Source: an uncultured Spirochaetota bacterium
GTDB taxonomy: Bacteria > Spirochaetota > Brevinematia > Brevinematales > JAOACQ01
DNA: 13,132 nucleotides
NCBI GenBank assembly: GCA_963783575.1
Contig: CAWAOD010000017.1
Coordinates: forward strand, 1 to 13,132
Reading direction: 5' to 3'
This document shows positions 1 to 7,636 of this stretch, piece after piece. Below the pieces are notes generated by a model. That model made no database searches. It saw only the letters and a program-made list of their open reading frames with translations, and was not told the origin of the DNA. Each line of letters opens with the position of its first letter. Position 1 is the stretch's first letter. Both the position numbers and the translations under genes were made by a program.

Positions 1-86
1 TCTAGTACTAATTCAGCTTTGTTTTGAAGGACTTATTTTGCTATTACGACGACATCGAGATTCCCTTCCATAATCACCTGTCTAGT

Positions 87-837
87 AGAGTCCAAAAGCG
101 CCTGGAGCAAACTCATCAAGCGCGAACAGGCCGTTCTACTCACCAATACCTGTTAAGAAGACATGCGTATTGTGGAATTTGCAGAAGTCCACTCGTAGGG
201 AGCTGTCTTAACAAGAAATGGCTGTACTATCCGTTGCCGAGCAACAACGCCAACCACGAAAGGTCCCAAATCCTGTAATGTGGGTTACTTGAATCCCTGG
301 TTTGGGATAAGGTCAAGGCTTTGTTATCTAACCCCGATATTGTAATGACTGAGATAAACCGTGCGGCAGAGGACCTGCGCAAACAGATGGGGGCACTAAC
401 CCTGACAAAGAAATTGCTCAGGTTGGACGTCAGGTCAAGGAATATGATAATCAGGAGAAGCGCCTTATCATCGTGTTAAGGGGTGGTGAATTTAAACAAG
501 ACTTTATTTTGGATGAATTGAATAACCTGAAACAGGACCGTGAATCCGAAATTAACGTCTGCATGATTTACAGCAAGCCAAAGACCGACTAACCAAGTTA
601 GAAAAAGCTGAAATACAACTTGCCAATCTCCAAGACGTTATTAAGCGGCTTGACCAATGTACTTATGAGGAAAAACGCCTGGCCTTTGATGCCCTCGACA
701 TCAAAATTAAGGCTACACCTCAGAATATTGAGGTTAGCGGCGTTATCCCGGGGGACATTATGTCCACACAATCATCAGGTAAGAGTGAAAATCCTATTCA
801 CCATTGCACAAACATGGGCATCTCCGTTCCGTTGTAG
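87..837 (+). pseudogene. C-terminal part of a large serine recombinase/integrase (zinc-ribbon and coiled-coil region); frameshifted and apparently 5'-truncated
   Basis: Stitched frames read RVQKRLEQ...YLLRRHAYCGICRSPLVG...YYRC...SCN...LESLVWDKVKALLSNPD...coiled coil...EEKRLAFDALDIKIKATPQNIEVSGVIP. This matches the recombinase zinc beta-ribbon (YLL-x-CxxCG-like, YYxC) and C-terminal pattern. No catalytic N-terminal domain is visible. The stop is TAG 835-837, or 943 if there is one more frameshift. Confidence 0.75.
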
Positions 838-908
838 ATATACCTATGCCGGGCATAGGCTACAAATGCGGAGTAAGTGGCAGAGAGTTTGTACTCTGGT
901 AAGTGAAG

Positions 909-1313
909 CTAAACAGTATTACTTTGTCTTTTTACTCGCTTAGCCCTTCTAGCTTCCTTAGCGGCTCGGAAAGCGGCTCTCTGTTCCGGAGTCGGCCCTC
1001 CGTGAGTTTTTTCTACGATGGGTATTCCTACTCTCTTCCGCAACGCTTTGATGTACACTTCTTTAGATGGGCAAGAGCCTCCTATAAAATTACAAAGATG
1101 TATTACCTCTGCCCCCTTCTCTTTGAGTCTTTTAGCCTTCTTTACGATTTTATCGGCTTTACCCTGGTTGCATCCCCCACACGTATCAAATCCAACCAAT
1201 TCGATCTTGTCATAGCGGCTGAACTCCCCGGTTTTATTATCTATCGCCTTAAAACAGTTCCAACCCGCACACTCAGCGCTACGCGCGTCACAACGTACAA
1301 TTCCTATTTTCAT
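909..1313 (-). CDS. CGGC domain-containing Cys-rich putative metal-binding protein
   Basis: Intact ORF MKIGIVRC...ECAGWNCFKA...VGFDTCGGC...IHLC...CP...IVEKTH is the typical CGGC-domain (PF08821) layout. A GGAGG RBS upstream of ATG 1313 favours this start over 1334. Confidence 0.9.
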   Translation of the reverse strand: MKIGIVRCDARSAECAGWNCFKAIDNKTGEFSRYDKIELVGFDTCGGCNQGKADKIVKKAKRLKEKGAEVIHLCNFIGGSCPSKEVYIKALRKRVGIPIVEKTHGGPTPEQRAAFRAAKEARRAKRVKRQSNTV

Positions 1314-1412
1314 CGCTGGTTTTTTACCTCCCATAATTTCGATTGGCTATTATGATAGCATGAAAAAACAGGAAATGAATATATATTTCCGACGCTCTTT
1401 GGCAAATTTGCC

Positions 1413-3082
1413 CTAATACCTGGCATATGTGGGTACTATGTCCTTGTATTTAGCCACCAGTTTATCCCACTTTTTAGGAAGTTCTATTTTTTCCGTGGCG
1501 ATACTGCCACCGGAAACCATTCCCAAATGGGCCCCGAATCCGCCGAGCACATAAATCTGAACCGGGTCAGGTTCTTTAGGGACTGCCTGGAATATCGGCA
1601 GCCTGTCCTCGGGATTCTGTTTGGCTCTTTCTTCCGGGGACAGTGAATAGTAAGACTGACAGATGATCCCGGGGCGCAATAGCATTCTTGATAATATATT
1701 CCTTGATGGCTTTCTTGCTCCAGCCCTTGCTGGCCAGGGCTTTGGCATTGCTCGGGGTTAAAAGTACACCGAAGATTCCAATATGCAGGGGCGCCGCATT
1801 ATAGCAGATGCTCTTGAGAATACCAATATCATCAATCACATAGGGCATAACATGTTGATAGGTCTGTGGGAAAGTCAAAGTAACGGCGCTGTCCTCTTTC
1901 TTTAACCCTCGCTCCACATGCAGAGGTTCCCAGGGGCTGTTCTCTTCATTCTCTCCGGCTACCCAGCTATATTTGCCAGGGTTGCCCAGCAGACCCATAT
2001 CCTCCATGCCTTTGCGGATTCCCCGGATGTTCTTGGTAATCAGGCCCATCGCCCGGCCGATGGCCGCATTGGCGATATCTCCGGGATTCATGGCGCCATA
2101 GCTGCAGTTCACATGAATATCCTGGCGAATCGGGCCGTTAATAAGCCAGAAAGGGGACAAACGAGCCGGTGCTGGCGGCCATCATCACTGCGGTGCGGTT
2201 GGAGACCAGGGCTTTGGTTCCGGCGATCAATACCGGCAGATGGGTCGGCAGAGCACCCGGCCATGACGGCATTAACGGCAATCCTCTCCACGGTGGCTTT
2301 ACCCAACCGCGGCTCTAATTTGTTGACCAGGTAATCCGGCAGGCAGGTCGGTCCCGGTGAGCATTTCCGCTACGGCTTCCTCGGTCGGCGGAACTATCGG
2401 CAGGCCGTCCGTCCAGCCTCGTTTGTAAAAGAATTTATTGTACCTCCTCCAGGTTACCTTTAAAGGCGATCCTCTGGGGAGTTCCGATCTCTTTGGGCTT
2501 GGGAGAAGCTTCCTCGGCAGTCAGAGGACGGGTCAAGCCGGTAATGACGTTATCGATCACTTTTTCGATCGCCGGTTCAATCTCCTCCATGATGGTACAC
2601 TCGGAAACTATCGGTCTCCGGGACAGCCTGATCTGGGGCATACCGTGGGAAGAAGCCCCCGAATAGGCATCATTGGCGAAATACTGGAAAACCAGGGAAA
2701 CCGTGGGTTTACCTCTGGATTCGATAAAAATGCTGTCGTACACAAGGTACTTGGTGCAGGCGCCTCAGTCACCCACCGCGGCGATGACTGCATCCACGCT
2801 CTTAATCCAGTCTTCAAACTCCTGACGCCGGTCTTTTTCCAGATCGGAAACCGAGAAAGTCTTGCCCCGGAACCAGACTGAACTCGGCGTCAGGATACTT
2901 ATTCCGCAGTATTTTTTCAATTACCGTCAATATCGGCTCTGCCGCCCGCTTGCCATTACGCAGCAGGCCGATTTTCTTACCGGCCAGGTCGGTAATGCGG
3001 GGGGTCAGTCCTTTAAGGGAATCGGGTCGGCTTCTGCCCAGGGACTGAGGACTTCATACATGGCATTGGATTTGCTTGCCAT
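1413..3082 (-). CDS. Selenoprotein A: UGSC-like (U-G-A-C) redox-motif protein fused to a large uncharacterised domain, ~555 aa; several apparent sequencing frameshifts
   Basis: AGGAG RBS (3091-3095) and ATG 3082. Stitched: MASKSNAMYEVLSPWAEADP...DLAGKKIGLLRNGK...EFEDWIKSVDAVIAAVGD-TGA(2767-2765)-GACTKYLVYDSIFIESRGKPTV...GMPQIR...LTRPLTAEE...FYKRGWTDGLPIVPPTEEAVAEML...GKATVERIAVNAVMAG...NGP...ANAAIGRA...GNPGKY...ENEENSPWEPLHVERG...TYARY, TAG 1413-1415. Co-linear with the paralog at 4023-5601. Confidence 0.85.
2735..2767 (-). promoter_or_regulatory. Sec UGA codon and candidate bacterial SECIS hairpin (selenoprotein A)
   Basis: mRNA UGA GGCGCC UGCA(C)CAAG UAC CUUG UGUA gives an 8-bp stem with one bulged C and one G-U pair, starting 7 nt after the UGA. 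Folded by eye. Confidence 0.55.
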
Positions 3083-3093
3083 GATTCTGACTC

Positions 3094-3967
3094 CTATTTG
3101 TTATTTATCTGGTTAAGTGCGTCGTAGACCTTTCTCAAGTCCAATTCGGTCATAAAATGAGTAATGGGGGTTTCGGCCCCAGACTTCCTCAGCCAGTTCC
3201 AGAGCAGTATCCCGGTCCTTATCGTCTATAGTTTTTAGTGGGGCTTTCCCCGCGGGTGCTGGTGCGGTCGGTGCCCTCCGCAAGCGCCTGACCAGGACAT
3301 TCATGCCTATGCTGCGACCAGTGCTGACATTGATGGCAGCCACCATCTGATCGAAGCGTAGTCCGGCTTTAACTCCGATGTTTAAACATTCACGAGAAAA
3401 AATCTCATTTCCATATCCTTGCAGATTGTTGATCAGCTTGCAGACCTGCCCGCTTCCAATACCGCCCAGGTGAAAAATGTTTTTGCCTAAAGCTTTAAAC
3501 ACCGGCATACACCGCATTACCGCCTCATCATCTCCTCCTATCATGAGAGTTAAGGCTACCGATTCCTGCCCGGGTGTGAAATTCCGGCTTTCAGCGCTCA
3601 CCGGCGCATCAATTACATAGACTCCCTTTTCTTTTCCCTGTGCATATAACTTACGGCAATAACCCGGGCTTATCGTACTAGAAATAATAAGAGTACTCCC
3701 CTCTTTTACTCCCTGCCAAACTCCATCAGGGCCGAAAATAACCTCATCATTTTGATGCTCATCACGGACCATACTAAAAATAACATCGCTGGCGGCGGCC
3801 ACTTCACGGGATGATCCGGCTGAGGTCGCTCCCAGAGATACCATCTCAGATACAGCTTCTTTCCGCAAATCATAGACTACCAGATGTTCTCCGTTTTTGG
3901 CCATATTCTTGGCCATGAGTATGCCCATGTTGCCCAGACCGATAAAGCCTATTTTTAAAGAACTCAT
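3094..3967 (-). CDS. NAD(P)-dependent oxidoreductase, beta-hydroxyacid dehydrogenase (3-hydroxyisobutyrate/tartronate semialdehyde reductase-like) family
   Basis: GFIGLGNMG Rossmann motif, SSTISP, DAPVS, LMIGG and GSGQVCKLINN (catalytic Lys). A likely frameshift near 3180 gives the C-terminus ...GAETPITHFMTELDLRKVYDALNQINNK-TAG(3094-3096), which overlaps the next gene's RBS. The uncorrected ORF ends at 3113. Confidence 0.9.
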
Positions 3968-4022
3968 ATTTATTTCCTCTAGTTTTCCTTTCCCCGGAGA
4001 GTTATTTATTTACTGCTTTTCC

Positions 4023-5601
4023 CTAACGACCGGCCTGAGTAAGGGTGGCCCCATGGATCTTCTTTATCACATGGGCATTGGTATCCAGCATGACCCACAT
4101 CACGGTATATCCGGGCACCCCTCCGGCTACGGCGATATGAATATTTTGTTTCAGCACTCCGGTTTTTTCCTCCAGCCATTCTCGGACACTGTCCCTATTG
4201 AAGCCCAGTTTGTGGAGTTCCTTATGGATTTCCGGGTTAATTACAATGTAAACTCCGCCTCTCCGGGGCATCCTTTCAGCCAGCCATTGGTCTAAGATTG
4301 ACTGGGCTTTCCAGAGACCGACTGCGCCTCCGCCAAAAGTAGCATAAACGCTATTGACCTTGGTTACCGTAACGCAGCTATCCTGTTTACTGAATCCACG
4401 GCTGACGTGAAAGGGGTCCCACAACTTAGTTCTTCATTTTCCGCGAAAGTGTACCACGTATGTGCTGAGGGGCGACCGGTCAAGGCCATGTCATTCTCTC
4501 GGGGCCAGCAGTCCCCGATATTGAGAGTGCTCAACCTGACGGCGCGTCCGATGGTATTATTAGACCGCCAGCCGTGGCCCAACAGGCCGATACCCGAATT
4601 CATGTTGATTTCAGTGGCAATGGAGCCGTCTACCATGATTACCAGGTTGAAGGAGCCCGATGAGCCAGGGTATTAAAGAATCTTTCACCGTCACCGCCGG
4701 GACCGTTTTCTCCCACAAAGCTTTCCATGGCTCCGATGATTACCGGTAAATACTCTGGCTTAGCCCCGGCCATAACGGCGTTGATGGCAACCTTCTCAAT
4801 CGTGACGGTACCCCACTTCGTGGGACATTTCCCTAAGACTTCGTCCGGGGAGCGATTAGTGCCCTTTAGCATCCACTTGACTCGCTCCTCCGTGGGAGTT
4901 ACCGGGGCAAGCCATCACCCATATTATTTTCCAGAAAGAACTCGTTGAATTTCTCTAAAGCCTCGGAGTAAGTTTCCCCGGTTATTGAATATTCCGCCGG
5001 CCCGATGTCAGCCTTCTTAGGTTTGGGGGGATTAGCTTCTTCAGGCGTCAAGGGACGGGTCAGGATATCGATGATTTCTTCAATAGCCCCTTCGGCTACC
5101 GGTTGCACTCCTCCGGCGTCCTTCGCAGGTTATACCATTTATCCGAAGGTAAGGCTACCGGGCGTATTTTCGGCATTCCCCAGTCGTAGGCTGCCGACCG
5201 GGCATCGGTCATAAAGTTAGAGCTAACGAAATAGGCTCCCGGTAGGCCCCGCTTCTCTAGCTCGGCTGTGTGGTCGGAACCCCACCACATACAGGTGCCT
5301 CAGTCTCCGGACCCGAAATAAAGGCGTAGGCTGATCTGGCGACCTCGTCATAAAAGGCCGGATTCATAGCCAGGTTGACCGTGGTGGTAAATTGTTTGAC
5401 GAAACTGAGGGTAGGATACCTGGATTTCAGCAAGGCCTCCACGGCATCCATAAAAGTACTGACGCCGGGTTTGGTGTTGCTAACCAAAGCGATTCTCTTA
5501 CCTGCTAAATCGGGAAACCTGGCAGCCGGGGCGAACATTTTCTTGGCCTCAATATCACCTTTAGGATTCCGTAGTAATAATTCAACCTTCTGTGGACTCA
5601 T
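4023..5601 (-). CDS. Selenoprotein B: UGSC-like (U-G-T-C) redox-motif protein fused to a large uncharacterised domain, ~525 aa; several apparent sequencing frameshifts
   Basis: AAGGAG RBS and ATG 5601. Stitched: MSPQKVELLLRNPKG...RFPDLAGKRIALVSNTK...SAYAFI(F)GSGD-TGA(5302-5300)-GTCMWWGSDHTAELEKRGLPG...WGMPKIR...LTRPLTPEE...MGDGLP.VTPTEERVKWML...VTIEKVAINAVMAGAKPEYLPVII...SNNTIGRA...TGRP...ENEELS.WDPFHVSRG...AGR, TAG 4023-4025. Confidence 0.85.
5264..5302 (-). promoter_or_regulatory. Sec UGA codon and candidate bacterial SECIS hairpin (selenoprotein B)
   Basis: mRNA UGA GGCAC CUGU AU GUGGU GG GGUU CC G ACCAC ACAG CC. CUGU/ACAG, GUGGU/ACCAC and GG/CC pair around a GGUU apical loop that begins 18 nt after the UGA. 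Folded by eye. Confidence 0.7.
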
Positions 5602-5686
5602 CAGTTACTCCTTCACACTATATAGCATATTCATCTGTACCCGGAAGTGATATCTGCTCTCCGGGCACTTCAACCGAAATAATAGA

Positions 5687-7304
5687 CTACTTAGCTTTCT
5701 CCATCCAGGCTTTTTCCGGGGTCCAGACTGTAAAGTGCCCCGAGGTAAGGAGCCCATGGTCATGAAGACCTTTCTGGAGAACATCTAACGTGCGCACCTG
5801 TATAGATGGGTATGATGGTGGCATCGTCATACATAATCTTGACTAATTTTTGACACAGTGATTTCTGAGTATTGTAGTCTGTCGCCACCAGAGCACTATT
5901 AAGGGTGTCCTGGTAATTGTCCGGTCTCTTCACACTGTTAAACTGGATAGAATTAGATGAGATATAGGCATCCATGGTGGCATCATAATTGGGAGATTCG
6001 GCAAACATACAAGAGACCAGAGCATTTTTCCATCCATTGGTCCTTATATCGGTATATTTTGCCGCATTCACAATATTAATTTGGGCATCGATTCCCACGG
6101 CGCTGAGATAGGCCTGTATCGACTGGACCGCATCCTTATTGTAGGTTTGCGGGTCAGGTATAATCGTGGTCGCAAACCCATTGGGATAACCCGCTTCTGC
6201 CAGCAGTTGCTTGGCTTTTTGCGGATCATAGGTGCGTCCTACGATATCTGAGTTATAAGCCATACCATTTGGTATGGTAGCCTGATAGTTGGCACTCCAA
6301 TAACCATAGCCCAGAGTTTTGGCCATGGTGGCTTTGTCAATAGCATACTCTTACAGCCTGGCGCACTTTCGGATTAGCAAAGGGGGAATCAGCGTTTGCA
6401 CTATCAGGAAGCAATGTGGCATACCCATTAGGCTGGTTGATGACATCATATCCCTTGGCTGCCAAATCAAAGGCTGTCTTGACATCCGCGGAGCTGATTA
6501 CCTGCCCAGCTCCGGTCTGGAAAGATGCCGCACGGGTCATCGTATCCTGTATGACAGTGTCTTCTATTGCGTCAAGATAGGGTAGTCCCTTCTGCCAGTA
6601 CCCGTCAAATCGGGCAAATTTGAGAGAAACATCCCGGGCAAAACTGACAAATTTAAAGGGGCCGGTACCCACCGGGTTCCACCGGGCCCAATCTATCCCT
6701 TTGGTATTGTAGGCAGTGGGTGAGACGAACACATCACTAACTGCCATTGAACCCAGAATCGAGTTCTGATATTGTTTTAAGTTTACTTTGACCGTGTAAT
6801 CATCCACTACTTCTACTGAGGTAAACTGACCGGTTCCGGGCTTTTTGGCTACCATAAAAGCATCAATGTTAAATTTGGCCGCCTGGGCATTCCAATCGGT
6901 GCCATCCTGGAACTTGACGCCCTTCCTTAAATAAAATGTTATCGATTTCCCATCCGGAGCGACTTGCCAGGATTCAGCCAGGCAGGGAATATCATGTCCG
7001 GTGAGGTCTTCGTTAACCAGGACCTCGAGACAGGGCCTGACCATTGGCGTGGATGCGCCTATAGCTTCTGGCGGCCAGCCGATAGGAGCGCTGGGACCGG
7101 TTACTACGAGTATTTTTAATGTCCCGCCATACTGGGGCTGGAGTGCTGCTTGGGTGGGAGCAAGCTGGGTGCGGCACTCGACTGGGCGCCGGTAGCTGCG
7201 GCAGAGTTCGTGGTTGCCGACGGTGAAGAGCAAGCTGCAGCCAGCAATAAGGTCAACACAATTAAGATCAATGCTCCTAAATAAATGACTGGTCGTTTAT
7301 TCAT
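5687..7304 (-). CDS. ABC transporter substrate-binding lipoprotein, family 5 (DppA/OppA/NikA-like); frameshifted
   Basis: Signal peptide with lipobox MNKRPVIYLGALILIVLTLLLAAA-C followed by a Ser/Thr/Ala linker. Motifs PQYGGTL, LAESWQVAPDGKSITFYLRKGVKFQDGT, PVGTGPFK, YWQKGLPYLD, KVRQA and YDPQKAKQLLAEAGYPNGF. After a final frameshift it ends ...WTPEKAWMEKAK-TAG (5687-5689). AAGGAGG RBS upstream. Confidence 0.92.
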
Positions 7305-7414
7305 AATGAGACCTCCTTGTACTCCAAACTGAGTCTTTTACCGGTGTCTATGTCTTAGTAAAGACCACCTGCCGAGTCGAACACCAGGGTACCGCCGGCT
7401 AACTCCACAGTAGT

Positions 7415-7447
7415 GTCATATGATGCCTATATGGACGTCATATACGA
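7415..7447. promoter_or_regulatory. Candidate operator: three phased 11-bp units
   Basis: GTCATATGATG / CCTATATGGAC / GTCATATACGA at 7415, 7426 and 7437. GTCATAT is repeated exactly 22 bp apart, and the first unit contains the palindrome TCATATGA. Confidence 0.45.
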
Positions 7448-7462
7448 AATTAATCAGCAATT

Positions 7463-7492
7463 ATTATACCACAATAGTCAAGGGCTTATGAA
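7463..7492 (-). promoter_or_regulatory. Sigma70-type promoter (extended -10) for the SBP-selenoprotein cluster
   Basis: Minus strand TG-G-TATAAT at 7471-7463, with a possible weak -35 TTCATA at 7492-7487 (18-nt spacer). Confidence 0.55.
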
Positions 7493-7571
7493 ATATTAAT
7501 CTGGGCTGATGTATTAATTATCCGGAAGCTAAACCCTTAACAGATATCAATTTCTCTGAAACAAGATAGTA

Positions 7572-7600
7572 TTGACACTTCGGCGAAGTCTGGCTATAGT
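7572..7600 (+). promoter_or_regulatory. Sigma70-type promoter for the UroD-family gene
   Basis: TTGACA (7572-7577), 17-nt spacer, TATAGT (7595-7600). AAGGAG RBS upstream of ATG 7637. Confidence 0.8.
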
Positions 7601-7636
7601 GATAGAAATTGAAAAAATACCAAAAGGAGACAGTCC

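Noticed and set aside
3005..3007. TGA in frame with ATG 3082 (…PLKD-TGA) as another Sec codon
   Set aside because: Adding one base in the AAAGG run gives KGLTPRITDLAGKKIG, matching the paralog's ARFPDLAGKRIA. There is no redox motif, so it is a frameshift artefact.
903..5650. Plus-strand ORFs such as 903..1355, 1918..2334, 2438..2881, 3897..4295 and 5375..5650
   Set aside because: Antisense shadows of well-supported minus-strand genes, with no recognisable motifs.
5640..5665. CCCGGA...TCCGGG inverted repeat between the SBP and selenoprotein B as a terminator
   Set aside because: Only a 6-bp stem with a long loop and no U-tract on the coding strand.
7476..7481. Minus-strand TTGACT as the -35 for TATAAT at 7468-7463
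   Set aside because: The spacer is only 7 nt.
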